64,000 bases of DNA from the NCBI GenBank assembly GCA_022709865.1, contig JAKLIA010000002.1, positions 146,183 to 210,182 on the forward strand, written 5' to 3'. The translations under genes were made by a program, and so were the position numbers. Shown in pieces: positions 34,184 through 44,227 of the stretch. How positions within the stretch are numbered: position 1 is the first letter of the stretch; every line of letters begins with the position of its first letter. The stretch is from Patescibacteria group bacterium (GTDB lineage: Bacteria; Patescibacteriota; Minisyncoccia; Portnoybacterales; GWB1-42-6). The notes under the pieces were generated by a model. The model ran no database searches. It was not told the origin of the DNA and worked only from the letters and a program-made list of their open reading frames with translations.

Positions 34184-35221
34184 TTAATTTAAATTAAGCG
34201 AATGGATATCCAGGATATACCCCCGGTAATCTCCCCCGCCCGCATATTTATAAGTCGGCAAACCGATAAGCTGGCCGGCGGCATTAACCGCCGCGCCGCC
34301 CGAGTTTCCCCGGTCAATTTGCGCATCTGTGCCAAAATATACATCGCTGGAGCTTAAATTACTAACAATGCCCCGGGTCGCGGAAAAGTTAAAATTAGCC
34401 GATTCGGGAAAACCAAAAACATAAACTGTATCGCCTACCTGAGACGCCCCGCTAGCCGGCCTAAAAAATTGGAACGAGTTTAAAATTGGCGCATTTTGAA
34501 CTTGCCCGTTGCTGTCTTTATAAACAACATCCTGGATTTTTAATAACGCCGCATCGCGTTCGGTAAAATATCCGACCACCGTTGCCCGATATTCCCTTTT
34601 ATAGCCTTGCGAGGCGTTATCATAATCTTTGCTGAAAAGCACCAAACAATAAGACGGCGTCAAGCCGCTAGACAATTGAACTACATGCTGATTGGTCAGC
34701 ATTTTTCCGTCTTCGCTTATCAAAACCCCCGAGCCTAGCTGCCAAGAGCCTAAATAATTATCCTGGCAAGCGACCTGCGCTACTTTTTCGCTGGCTTGCC
34801 AAGATTGGATCAAATTAGCATCGCCATTGGACGAAACCGCTTGGCTCGTTTTAGATTGAAGCTCTTTTAGTTGCTCCTGCAAGGAACTGATATTTTGCTT
34901 AGCCGACTCCAGTTCATTTTGAGCGCTAAGATCAGGCGCGGGCGAAGCCAAAGTCAAGTCGGTTTTAGAAACCGTTTGTGCTGGCCGATTTTTTAATTCT
35001 TCTATCTCTTTTTTCAGCGCCGCAATTTCTTCTTCTGTCGTTGTGCCGTTTTTTAGGGAACCGGCGCCTGCAGAAGAATCAGATTTTAAATCGCTGGCGC
35101 CGCCAAAAACTGAGGACAGGTCATTGGCCACTTGAGACTGATATTTAAAAAGCAGCCAACCGGTTAGGCCCATAGCTGCCAAAACAATAATTATTAGAGT
35201 TATAAAAAGTTTTTTACTCAT
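34184..35221 (-). CDS. Trypsin-like serine protease (S1C/HtrA-like catalytic domain, no PDZ), membrane-anchored with coiled-coil
   Basis: LTNQHVV (His), GNSGGAAVN (Ser) motifs; N-terminal TM. Confidence 0.7.
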   Translation of the reverse strand: MSKKLFITLIIIVLAAMGLTGWLLFKYQSQVANDLSSVFGGASDLKSDSSAGAGSLKNGTTTEEEIAALKKEIEELKNRPAQTVSKTDLTLASPAPDLSAQNELESAKQNISSLQEQLKELQSKTSQAVSSNGDANLIQSWQASEKVAQVACQDNYLGSWQLGSGVLISEDGKMLTNQHVVQLSSGLTPSYCLVLFSKDYDNASQGYKREYRATVVGYFTERDAALLKIQDVVYKDSNGQVQNAPILNSFQFFRPASGASQVGDTVYVFGFPESANFNFSATRGIVSNLSSSDVYFGTDAQIDRGNSGGAAVNAAGQLIGLPTYKYAGGGDYRGYILDIHSLNLN

Positions 35222-36450
35222 GCGCTAAGCAAATAATATATCAAACAGATATCGCCCGCTGACAAAAGGATTAAAGTCAGCCAGCCAGCAATAACATTCC
35301 AGCGCGAACAGCAAAAACTTCCCATAACTTTTCGACTAGAAGCCAGGCGCAAAATAAAATAAAGGATTATCGGCGTAACTATGCCGGCCAATACCTGCGA
35401 GAAAAACATCGCCTTGATCGGGTTTAATTCAAAAAGCAAAGCCGCCAGACAAAATACAAAACCAAAAGTAATAAGCGCGTAGAAACCTTTAGCGCGGCGG
35501 GGCTTCAAGCGTAAACCTTCTGGCCAAGAAAAAAACTCCGAGACCGCATAAGCGGAAGAAACAGCCAGGATAGGAATTGCCAAGATACCCGAACCAATCA
35601 GCCCCAAGCCAAAAAGCTTGGTTGCCCAAGGTCCGGCGACCGGCGTTAAGGCTTGCGCGATATCTTTAACAGTCAATAAATTAACGTCTCCTCCTTTTAT
35701 TATCAAAGCGCTAGCCACGATGATAAAAAACGCCACTAAATTGCTGTAAACAAATCCCAGCGCCACCGCCCGATCGGTCTTTTTTGCGTTATTGATATTA
35801 TGGCGCTCTTCGATCTCTTCTTCGGTCTGCCAGATAAAAGTGAACGGCGAAAAAGTCGCGCCTAAGAGCCCCAGCGCCACCAAAATATAAGTAAAATTAA
35901 ACTCAATCGGCGGCCAAAAGACTGATCTAAAAACCAAGCCCCAATCAGGTTGCGCCAGAAAGCCAGCCAATATGTAAGCAATTAAAACTCCCGCCACCCA
36001 GAAAAAATAACGGATAATATGGTCGTAAGTATCAAAAACTACCAAATACCAAACAAAGATTATCAGCGGAATAATAAAATATAAATAATTTTCACCGGTT
36101 AAGAGCTGAAAGCCCGCCGCCATGCCAATGATATCGGCGATTAAAGTTAATAAATTAACCACCAATAAAATTGTCACACAGACAAAAGCCACCCGCCGGC
36201 CAAAATGTTCTTTAATAAGAGTTATCAAGCCTTTTTTAGTCACGTCTCCTATGCGCGCGATCATCCGGTGGATAGCGATAAGCAGCGGAGTGGAAACCAA
36301 AAGAAGCCACAACTGCGAAAAACCGGTCGTGGCGCCGGCTATAGAATAAGTAGAGATGGTTGACGGGTCATCATCCGCGCTGGCGGTGACAATGCCGGCT
36401 AAATAAGCTTTTTGGAACTTCTTAAACGGCTTAAAAAAATGCTGCAACAT
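35218..36450 (-). CDS. NRAMP-family divalent metal transporter
   Basis: DDDPSTISTYSIAGATTGFSQLWLLL resembles NRAMP DPGN...Q motif region; 11-12 TM. Confidence 0.55.
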   Translation of the reverse strand: MLQHFFKPFKKFQKAYLAGIVTASADDDPSTISTYSIAGATTGFSQLWLLLVSTPLLIAIHRMIARIGDVTKKGLITLIKEHFGRRVAFVCVTILLVVNLLTLIADIIGMAAGFQLLTGENYLYFIIPLIIFVWYLVVFDTYDHIIRYFFWVAGVLIAYILAGFLAQPDWGLVFRSVFWPPIEFNFTYILVALGLLGATFSPFTFIWQTEEEIEERHNINNAKKTDRAVALGFVYSNLVAFFIIVASALIIKGGDVNLLTVKDIAQALTPVAGPWATKLFGLGLIGSGILAIPILAVSSAYAVSEFFSWPEGLRLKPRRAKGFYALITFGFVFCLAALLFELNPIKAMFFSQVLAGIVTPIILYFILRLASSRKVMGSFCCSRWNVIAGWLTLILLSAGDICLIYYLLSA

Positions 36451-36572
36451 ATGTTCTAAGTATAGCTAAATTGCCAGCAAAAATAAAGATTCGGACGGCG
36501 GCTAGGCTCTAGCGCTAAAAATCCGCCTAAGGCGGATTTTTAGCGCTAATCATCTTAATTTCTTAATCACTT

Positions 36573-37535
36573 CTACTTCACCGGCGTTATGGCTGGCCGG
36601 CCTTCTAAAACCTCTATTATATTCTTGGCTGCCAACTCGCTCATGGCTCCGCGGGTTTCTTCGGTAGCGGAAGCGGTATGCGGAGTCAAAACCGTGTTTG
36701 GCAGTTGCGCTAGCCCCGGCATCATTTCCGGCTCCTTTTCGTAAACATCTAAAGCCGCGCCCTTTATCTCTCCGCTCTTTAATGCCTCCACCAAAGCAAT
36801 TTCATCGACTACCGGACCGCGCGCGGTATTGATCAAGTAAGCGGTCTTTTTCATCATTTTTAATTTATCGGCGTTGATTAAGTGCTTTGTTTCCGGAGTC
36901 ATAGGCACATGCACGGAAACAAAATCCGATTCCTTCAGCAGGCTATCCAAATCCCGATATTCCAAATGATACTGTTTTTCCAATTCTTCATTGCGCTTGG
37001 CATCAAAATAAACAACTTTCATTTCAAAACCATCATGCATGCGCTTAGCCACCGCCGCGCCAATTCGGCCAAGGCCCACCAGCCCCAAGGTTTTGCCAAC
37101 TAAATCGTTGCCCAAAAACAGCATCGGCGCCCAGCCATGGTATTTGCCATCGCGCATGTATTGGTCCGATTCCACCACTTTTCTGGCAATCGCAAACATT
37201 AAAGCAATAGCGTGCTCCGCCACTGACTCGGTTAAAACTCCCGGGGTATTAGTAATAATAACGTTATGCGCCGCTGCGTCCGGCAAGGTAATGTTATCAA
37301 TGCCCACCGCGTAGTTAGCGATAATTTTCAATTGCGGTCCGGCCGCTTCCATCACTTCGGCATTCATTTTATCCGTTAATAAAGACAAAATCGCATCCAC
37401 GCCTTTAACTCTGGCTAACAGCTGCTCGCGCGGCATAACTCCATCCACGTCGCTCACCTCAACCTCAAAACCTTTTTCCCGAAGCATTTTTATACCGGCG
37501 TCCGGAATCTGCCGGGTCACGAATACTTTTGGCAT
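36573..37535 (-). CDS. D-isomer-specific 2-hydroxyacid dehydrogenase (glyoxylate/hydroxypyruvate reductase-like)
   Basis: GKTLGLVGLGRIGAAVAKR NAD-binding motif, catalytic R/E/H arrangement; 320 aa. Confidence 0.8.
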   Translation of the reverse strand: MPKVFVTRQIPDAGIKMLREKGFEVEVSDVDGVMPREQLLARVKGVDAILSLLTDKMNAEVMEAAGPQLKIIANYAVGIDNITLPDAAAHNVIITNTPGVLTESVAEHAIALMFAIARKVVESDQYMRDGKYHGWAPMLFLGNDLVGKTLGLVGLGRIGAAVAKRMHDGFEMKVVYFDAKRNEELEKQYHLEYRDLDSLLKESDFVSVHVPMTPETKHLINADKLKMMKKTAYLINTARGPVVDEIALVEALKSGEIKGAALDVYEKEPEMMPGLAQLPNTVLTPHTASATEETRGAMSELAAKNIIEVLEGRPAITPVK

Positions 37536-37549
37536 TTGTTTTTTTATTT

Positions 37550-38434
37550 TTAATTATTTATATTAATTTTATTTTCACTTCCAAATAATTTTATTTTTTC
37601 CATTACCACTTTTTTCACTTCATCAATCGAAGGCTGCAGCATTTTATAAGGCGTGGTTTCGGAAGGGCTGGCAGCAAACTCTTTTTCCAACCCCGCTTTA
37701 TAAGCCAGGCGCAATTCCGTGTTGATGTTAACCTTCACAATTCCTAGCTCAATTGCTTTTTTAACGTCTTCGGCCGGAATGCCAGACCCGCCGTGCAGCA
37801 CCAGAAAAACTTTATCGCCGACTTCTTTTTTTATAGCGGCTAGTCTATCCAAATGCAATTTCTCTTCTCCCGCCGCAAAAACTCCGTGGGCGTTACCTAT
37901 CACAATTGCCAGCGAATCGACTCCGGTTTGCTCTATAAAATCCAAAGCTTGCTCAGGGCTGGTTAAATCGCTTTCTTTAATTTCCAATTTTTCTTGGTGC
38001 AAAGAAGAAGCGCCGCGCAAATAACCGATCTCTCCCTCAATAATGACATCTCGGTCAAAAGTTTTAGAATATTCGCGGATATATTTTACCGCCTTGCTCG
38101 TTTGTTCGATGTTTTCTTTATAAGACAAGCCTGAACCGTCAAAATGAACAGCATCATAGCCGGCCGCTACGGCTTTTTTTATTATGTCCAGGTTCTTGCC
38201 ATGGTCCAGATTTAAAATTATCGGCAATTTTGCCGCCTCCCGCCAAACGCCAACCAGCGCCGCCGCTTCCCTAAAACCAATAAAACCACCTTCGCCTTCC
38301 GACGTCGCCACAATGATCGGCGAGCTCAATTCTTTAGCCGCCAATACCGTTGCCTTTAATATTTCTGCCGTGGAAAAATTAAATGCGCCCAACGCATAAT
38401 GTTCTTTTTGTGCTTTTTTCAGTATTTCTTTCAT
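37550..38434 (-). CDS. fba: Class II fructose-bisphosphate aldolase
   Basis: GAFNFSTAE, LDHGKN, HGGSG zinc/aldolase class II motifs; 294 aa. Confidence 0.8.
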   Translation of the reverse strand: MKEILKKAQKEHYALGAFNFSTAEILKATVLAAKELSSPIIVATSEGEGGFIGFREAAALVGVWREAAKLPIILNLDHGKNLDIIKKAVAAGYDAVHFDGSGLSYKENIEQTSKAVKYIREYSKTFDRDVIIEGEIGYLRGASSLHQEKLEIKESDLTSPEQALDFIEQTGVDSLAIVIGNAHGVFAAGEEKLHLDRLAAIKKEVGDKVFLVLHGGSGIPAEDVKKAIELGIVKVNINTELRLAYKAGLEKEFAASPSETTPYKMLQPSIDEVKKVVMEKIKLFGSENKININN

Positions 38435-38446
38435 AACAAATAAAAT

Positions 38447-39697
38447 CTATTTTAATTCTATTACTCCTTTTTCCATATTCTCCACTATCATCTCTTCCAG
38501 CTTTTCTTCACCCATAAACTCCATAAATATTTTATTCCATAATGCTTCTTGCTGATGATATAAATATTTACCGATGCCGCCGTGGGTTAAAGAGATCAAA
38601 TTGTCCAATAGATCAAAGCTGACTAATTCGTCTCCTTTTTTCCCTGCCGGAAAAAGTTCGCCGGCAAAATCATCCACGCTTCGCCAATAAGCTAGCTTGG
38701 TCTGCGGTTGCGCCTGGCCGATAGTATCTATCTCTTTTTCTGCCTTGAACCAATGCACGGTTTCCGGATTCACATGCGGTTCAAAAAGCCGCGGGTCTTG
38801 CGGGTCATTCTTGCCCAAATACCGCTGGATAATGCGCCAATTCACTCCCTCTTCCGATAGAGACAAAGCCGATACTTCCCCGGAAACTAATCTAACTAAA
38901 TTATTGCCAAAATCGGGCTGCGCCGCGTATTTGCGGAAAAGCCGGCAATAAAAATCTATCTCATGCAAATAGTGCAGCACCAAACTAAAGGTTTCCAGCG
39001 CCATGCCTGGCGTTTTAGCTTTTTTGGTTGGTATTAAAAACACCAATCCCAATTCCTTCAAATGGCTGATATTATGCAATTTTTTACCCACGAACTTTTG
39101 CCCGATCGGCTCCCATTTTTCGTTCAAAAACTTTATCTGTGTCTCCCGTTCTTCAAAATTATCCGGCGTTATATCGTGATACGGCCGGAAAAAAACTTCG
39201 TTCAGCCACCGCTCGTTTTCCACAAAACGCAAGGCCGCAAATATTTCATAAATATCTTCTTTGGCCATCATCTCATTAACCGTCTGATACCCTAAAACTT
39301 CCATAATATTTTTGGGCGGATTCAAAAACAAAAAATTGCGCAATTTTTCTTCCTTAACGAAAAACCCCTTGCCCACCTTAGCCGTTTTCTTCAAGGTTTC
39401 TATCATTGCGTTGCAAGAATCTTGGCGGCTAAAATCAGGCTTCCCTAAAAAATCAAAAAAAGCTTCATCGGCTTCGGCGACTTTTTTTAAAATCCCGGCT
39501 TCCACCTCAGGCGCATCGGCTTTTTCCCTCTCTATCCCCAGCTCCTGCAATTTTTGGGCCACAACAGTTTCGTTTTCTTGGTAAATCTTTTCCGCCACGC
39601 CGGTTTTTCCCGTTAGCTTTTCCATTTTGGCAAATAACTCAGCCACCGAACTTTCAGGCGTGCGCAACAAATGCGCGATCTTTTGAATTGGGGTCAT
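38447..39697 (-). CDS. Hypothetical protein (416 aa) embedded in glycolysis/PPP cluster
   Basis: No recognised motif; between pfkB-family kinase and fba. Confidence 0.5.
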   Translation of the reverse strand: MTPIQKIAHLLRTPESSVAELFAKMEKLTGKTGVAEKIYQENETVVAQKLQELGIEREKADAPEVEAGILKKVAEADEAFFDFLGKPDFSRQDSCNAMIETLKKTAKVGKGFFVKEEKLRNFLFLNPPKNIMEVLGYQTVNEMMAKEDIYEIFAALRFVENERWLNEVFFRPYHDITPDNFEERETQIKFLNEKWEPIGQKFVGKKLHNISHLKELGLVFLIPTKKAKTPGMALETFSLVLHYLHEIDFYCRLFRKYAAQPDFGNNLVRLVSGEVSALSLSEEGVNWRIIQRYLGKNDPQDPRLFEPHVNPETVHWFKAEKEIDTIGQAQPQTKLAYWRSVDDFAGELFPAGKKGDELVSFDLLDNLISLTHGGIGKYLYHQQEALWNKIFMEFMGEEKLEEMIVENMEKGVIELK

Positions 39698-39714
39698 ATA
39701 TTAAAATTATTTCT

Positions 39715-40701
39715 TTATAAATTAGTTATTGAAACCTGAACTTTTTCCCACGACCCAAAATCTCCTTTTTTCAACAAGCCGTTCTTGGCGCCGATCTGCT
39801 GGATAGTTGCAGTGGCATTGGCTGTGCCAAGCTGGATAGCCTCCGGGATAGAGCCGCCTTGAATTATTGTAGCCACAAAGCCCGAACCAAAGGCATCGCC
39901 AGAACCCGTGCGGTCAACATACCCGGATTCCGGGATTCCGGCTCGGTAGATTTTTTTACCGTCCGATACCGCCACCCCTTCCTTGCCTTTGCTCATCACG
40001 GCAATACCAGGAACTAATTCATCAAATTTTTTAAATAATTCTTGCTCATTCTTAAAATCAACGCCGGTTATGGCGCTCGCCTCTTCCTGGTTAACCAGCA
40101 AAATATCTATTTTCCCCAAAAGTTTTTTTAGAACATCCAAGTCTTTGGTTAGCTGGTCGTGGCCCGGATTAACTGCCACTTTAATTTTATTGGCCGCCGC
40201 AAAATCTATTATCGGCTCAAAAACTTTAGCAGACTCGCCCGACAAGCCAGAAAGATAAAACCATCTAGCATGTTTTATTTTTTCAAAAGGAATATCGGCT
40301 AGAGATAATTGGTGTGAAGCGCCTTCATAGACCAGAATACTTCTTTCCTTTCCCGGAGCAGATAAAATTATGGAATAAGGGGTTTTGGCTTTGGTAGTTG
40401 TTTTAATAAAATTACAGTCCACGCCCAGCTTATTCAATTCTCTAAATATTTCCAATCCTCCCGAATCATCGCCTATTAAACCGAGAAAAGCGGCTTTTAG
40501 CCCCTGCAACGCGAAAGTAGCGGCGCAATTTGAACCGCCCCCGCCCGTGGCAAAAATTAATTCATCAACATAAAGCTTACCGCCGGCTTCCACTGCCAAA
40601 GCCTTGCCGGTTATAAACTCTCCGCTATCAATAATTTTTAGCTCTTTGCTCCGCACAAAAATGTCGCGCGTGGCTGAGCCGAAAGTGACAATATCAAACA
40701 T
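39715..40701 (-). CDS. PfkB-family carbohydrate kinase (ribokinase/phosphofructokinase-B like)
   Basis: GGGGSNCAATFA and DRTGSGDAFGSGF PfkB signatures. Confidence 0.8.
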   Translation of the reverse strand: MFDIVTFGSATRDIFVRSKELKIIDSGEFITGKALAVEAGGKLYVDELIFATGGGGSNCAATFALQGLKAAFLGLIGDDSGGLEIFRELNKLGVDCNFIKTTTKAKTPYSIILSAPGKERSILVYEGASHQLSLADIPFEKIKHARWFYLSGLSGESAKVFEPIIDFAAANKIKVAVNPGHDQLTKDLDVLKKLLGKIDILLVNQEEASAITGVDFKNEQELFKKFDELVPGIAVMSKGKEGVAVSDGKKIYRAGIPESGYVDRTGSGDAFGSGFVATIIQGGSIPEAIQLGTANATATIQQIGAKNGLLKKGDFGSWEKVQVSITNL

Positions 40702-40712
40702 CGTTTGATATT

Positions 40713-40770
40713 GTCATCCTGAGTGAAGCGAAGGATCTGAAGATTCTTCGAACTACGTTCTCAGAATGAC
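40713..40770. repeat. Structured palindromic element GTCATCCTGAG...CTCAGAATGAC with inner CGAAG/CTTCG stem
   Basis: 11-bp outer inverted repeat (1 mismatch) enclosing cgaaggatctgaagattcttcg; 5' arm shared with 1278..1305. Confidence 0.5.
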
Positions 40771-40782
40771 AAAACTTTTTTA

Positions 40783-43017
40783 CTATAAGGCTTTTAATAT
40801 TTGTTCTTTAATCGCTTGTGAGTCCAAATGCGCCAATTCATAAACTTCTTTGGGCGGACCAGCTTTGTAGAACTCCTCCGCTTCTATAGTCCGCTTTTCA
40901 TAATCGGCCGGCAAAATAAACGGGTCCAAAAACCCGGACCAGCCATTATGCATCGTGACAACATTCTGGCGCTCTTCATCAGATAAAACTTCTTGGGCTT
41001 TCTGCGGGTTTTCTTTTCGCAATTGGACAAAAAGTTCCGGCGAAGTTACTGCCACAATTTTTATATCGGCTTTTTCTTCTATCTCCGGCAAAACAGCTAA
41101 AACATTAGCCATCACTTGGCCGCCGCAAATTGCTAAAACTTTTTTCGGCTTGCCATTATTAGCAAAAGGCTTAAAAACATAAGCGCCGTTATTGGCTTCG
41201 ATTGCCGGCGCCGTGCCGTTGCCCCTGGCAAAAACCGGCGTGCCTGGCCGCGCCTCCGAGAAGGCTATTGGTTCGCCCTTTTCCAGCGCATAAAATAGCA
41301 TCTCTATCGCTTCATTAGCATCATTGGGTTTATAAACTTTAATTCCGGGATAAGCATCAAAAAGAGACATCCAGAAAAGCCCTTGGTGGGTCGGCCCATC
41401 TTCGCCGGTTTCCAAGCCGTCATGCGCCGCCAGCATCACAAAGAATCCTTTCATTTTAGGATTAACTGCGTTATTAATAAGTGCCATGCGCACGGGATTA
41501 GCCATTAAAGAAGTAAAAACGCCGTAGGTCGAAAAAACGCTCATGGCTTGAAATCCGCCCGGTAAAATATCCTGCGTTAAAGCGCAACTCATCATCGCCA
41601 TATTTTGCTCAGCAATGCCAAACCTAAATCCCCGGCCGAGCATATTTTTCTGGTTAACAATCCCGTAAACATTTTCCGCCGCTACCGTTAATATCGATTT
41701 AGCTAAATCTCCCGAACCAATATAGAAAAACGCGCTCTGCCCCATGAGCCACTTAAAGAATGCTTCACCGGCTTTTCTCACCGGCACCGCATCCCCTTCT
41801 TTAAAAACCAGCTCAGGCGGCAAAACAGCCGGCCGCTTAATTTTTTTATAATCCACCATGGGTCTACCCGCCAAAGCTTTAGCCATTTTTTCCTGCAAAT
41901 CTTTTTCCGGCTGAATTAATTTTTTATCAACTTCCAGGCGCTCCAAAAGATAAGCCATTTCTTCGCGAGTAATCTTTGCCACTACCGCTTTAATATCATC
42001 GCCAATCTGGCCTTCCACGCCCGGAATATCAAATCCGAGCTTTTTCATTATCTCAACATAATCGGGATGCGGAGCCGGCGCGCCATGGGAATCAGCCGTG
42101 TTTTCCATTTTTCCGTAATCCTTGCCTTTGATAGTGTGGCAAATAACCACGGTTGAACGGTTATTGCCAAAACCAGAACGGGCTTTTTTATAAGCATGCG
42201 CTAACTCCAAAGCGTTATGGCCGTTGACCTCGATCACATTCCAACCGGCCGCGATCCAATAATTTATATAAGGAGCGCTAATGACATCGGTGATCGGGCC
42301 ATCAATGCCAAAACCGTTAAAATCCAAACTTACAATAATGTTATCAGCACCCATAGAGATCACGCTGTTCCTAGCCTCAAAGCTCATACCCTCTTCGGTT
42401 TCCGCGTCTCCGGAAAGAACAAAAACCTTAGCTGGCAAGCCGTTGGTTTTTTGCAATAAAGCCAGCCCCAGAGCCGTTGATAAACCATGGCCCGAAGCGC
42501 CGGTAGAAGCATCGGATAATGCATATTTTGACTCTACATGCCCCGATGGCCCGTCGCAATGACGGAATCTGGTCAAGCAATCAGGCAGCACCGCGCCCAA
42601 AGCTTCTTTATCGATAACCTCGCCTTTTTCCTGCAAAGAATGGTAGATCAAGGCTAAGGTAGCATGAAGCAGCGGCGTGCAGTGTCCGGCAGACCAAACC
42701 AATCTGTCGCGCCCAGGATTTTTTGCTGCCATTGGGTCAAAAGCAAAAACACCAGAACATAACAGTGTTAAGAGTTGCTCCACTTTAGAAGAAGAGCCGC
42801 CCGGGTGGCCGGATTTTATTCCTTCGATCGCCGCAAAAGCCAACCCACGAATAATTTTAGCTAAACGATTTATTTTATCTGTATCTAATCCCTCGATTGG
42901 GCTGAGCTCCAAACCCCGCAGATCCAAATAGGCACCGCCGGCCACTTCATATTCAAAGCGTTTCTGCTCTTTCGCTTTTAAATTATCCAAATCCTGCTGT
43001 TCTAAAATATTGTACAT
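40783..43017 (-). CDS. tkt: Transketolase
   Basis: SGHPGGSS TPP motif, GDAETEEG, pyrimidine-binding and C-terminal domains; 744 aa. Confidence 0.75.
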   Translation of the reverse strand: MYNILEQQDLDNLKAKEQKRFEYEVAGGAYLDLRGLELSPIEGLDTDKINRLAKIIRGLAFAAIEGIKSGHPGGSSSKVEQLLTLLCSGVFAFDPMAAKNPGRDRLVWSAGHCTPLLHATLALIYHSLQEKGEVIDKEALGAVLPDCLTRFRHCDGPSGHVESKYALSDASTGASGHGLSTALGLALLQKTNGLPAKVFVLSGDAETEEGMSFEARNSVISMGADNIIVSLDFNGFGIDGPITDVISAPYINYWIAAGWNVIEVNGHNALELAHAYKKARSGFGNNRSTVVICHTIKGKDYGKMENTADSHGAPAPHPDYVEIMKKLGFDIPGVEGQIGDDIKAVVAKITREEMAYLLERLEVDKKLIQPEKDLQEKMAKALAGRPMVDYKKIKRPAVLPPELVFKEGDAVPVRKAGEAFFKWLMGQSAFFYIGSGDLAKSILTVAAENVYGIVNQKNMLGRGFRFGIAEQNMAMMSCALTQDILPGGFQAMSVFSTYGVFTSLMANPVRMALINNAVNPKMKGFFVMLAAHDGLETGEDGPTHQGLFWMSLFDAYPGIKVYKPNDANEAIEMLFYALEKGEPIAFSEARPGTPVFARGNGTAPAIEANNGAYVFKPFANNGKPKKVLAICGGQVMANVLAVLPEIEEKADIKIVAVTSPELFVQLRKENPQKAQEVLSDEERQNVVTMHNGWSGFLDPFILPADYEKRTIEAEEFYKAGPPKEVYELAHLDSQAIKEQILKAL

Positions 43018-43018
43018 T

Positions 43019-43750
43019 TTACTTTTTTATTAAATTATTTATATTTTTTATTGATTCTGGAATATTTTCTTTTTGAAAAATAGTCGAGCCCATTACCAAA
43101 AAATCCGCTCCGGCCTCAATGATTTCTTTTGTATTTTTCTCATTTACTCCTCCGTCTATCCCTATTTTAACACCTGGATATTTTTGCCGCAACGCAATAA
43201 TTTTCGGAATTACTTTTTTTTCAAACTTCTGGCCGCCCTGCCCCGGCTTAACGCTCATCAGCAACACCGAATCTATATAACTCATAAAATTATCCAGCAC
43301 CGTCACCGGTGTTTCTAAATTAAGAGCCACGCCAAGCTCTTTATTACGCCGATGCGCCTCTTCGGCTAGATTTCTAACAGGAAAACCAGCAGTAACTTGA
43401 GTTTTATAAGGCAGAAGCTCATGGTTATGGATTTTTTCCAAAGCCTCCCAATGCAAAACCACGCGCTTCACGCTGCTGTTCAACCATTCATTTAAAACGC
43501 GGTGCGGCGCCTCCACCATTAAATGAGCCTCAAAATCCAAAGTTGTTTCTATTTTATCCAGATCGCGAGGCGATGGCTTGTTGTCCGCATCCCCGCTTTG
43601 CGCGGCAGAGTACGGCCAAGTAGTGTTGGGCACAAAAATACCGTCCATAATATCTAATTGAACGGTTTTAACAAAAGGCTCGACAAGGCTGACCTTAGCC
43701 TCCATCTCTTTAAAATCTTTAGCAATAATAGCAGGAACTATTTCAGGCAT
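43019..43750 (-). CDS. rpe: Ribulose-phosphate 3-epimerase
   Basis: VQLDIMDGIFVPN, GADFLVMGS motifs. Confidence 0.85.
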   Translation of the reverse strand: MPEIVPAIIAKDFKEMEAKVSLVEPFVKTVQLDIMDGIFVPNTTWPYSAAQSGDADNKPSPRDLDKIETTLDFEAHLMVEAPHRVLNEWLNSSVKRVVLHWEALEKIHNHELLPYKTQVTAGFPVRNLAEEAHRRNKELGVALNLETPVTVLDNFMSYIDSVLLMSVKPGQGGQKFEKKVIPKIIALRQKYPGVKIGIDGGVNEKNTKEIIEAGADFLVMGSTIFQKENIPESIKNINNLIKK

Positions 43751-43760
43751 ATTGATTAAT

Positions 43761-44204
43761 TTACTCTTCTTCTGCTTCTTCTATTTTTCTTAGGCGCCTA
43801 ACATGGCGCTCGTCTTCGGAAAAATCAGTATCCAGCCAGATCTTCACCGATTTTTTGGCAGTCTCCGCATCAGTCACTCGGCCTCCAAGACAAATCACAT
43901 TAGCGTTCAAATGATCTGCTGCGTCTTTAGCGGTAAAATCATTATATACAACCGCCGCGCGGATGCCCGCCACTTTATTAGCCGCCATGCACATTCCTTG
44001 TCCCGTGCCGCAAACTAAAATCCCGCCGGCATCCTCATCTTGAGACACTTGTTCGGCCAATTTAAAAGCAAAGTCCGGATAATCATCGGCCAAATCTAAT
44101 TCTTCCGCGCCCAAATCAACTACTTCGTAGCCCTCTTCGATCAAAAATCTTTTTAATTCTTCTTTTAGCGGATATCCGCCGTGGTCCGCGGCAATGTAGA
44201 GCAT
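43761..44204 (-). CDS. rpiB: Ribose-5-phosphate isomerase B
   Basis: MLYIAADHGGYPLKE, GILVCGTGQGMCMAANK RpiB/LacAB signatures. Confidence 0.85.
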   Translation of the reverse strand: MLYIAADHGGYPLKEELKRFLIEEGYEVVDLGAEELDLADDYPDFAFKLAEQVSQDEDAGGILVCGTGQGMCMAANKVAGIRAAVVYNDFTAKDAADHLNANVICLGGRVTDAETAKKSVKIWLDTDFSEDERHVRRLRKIEEAEEE

Positions 44205-44227
44205 AATTTTATAATTAAAAATTATGG

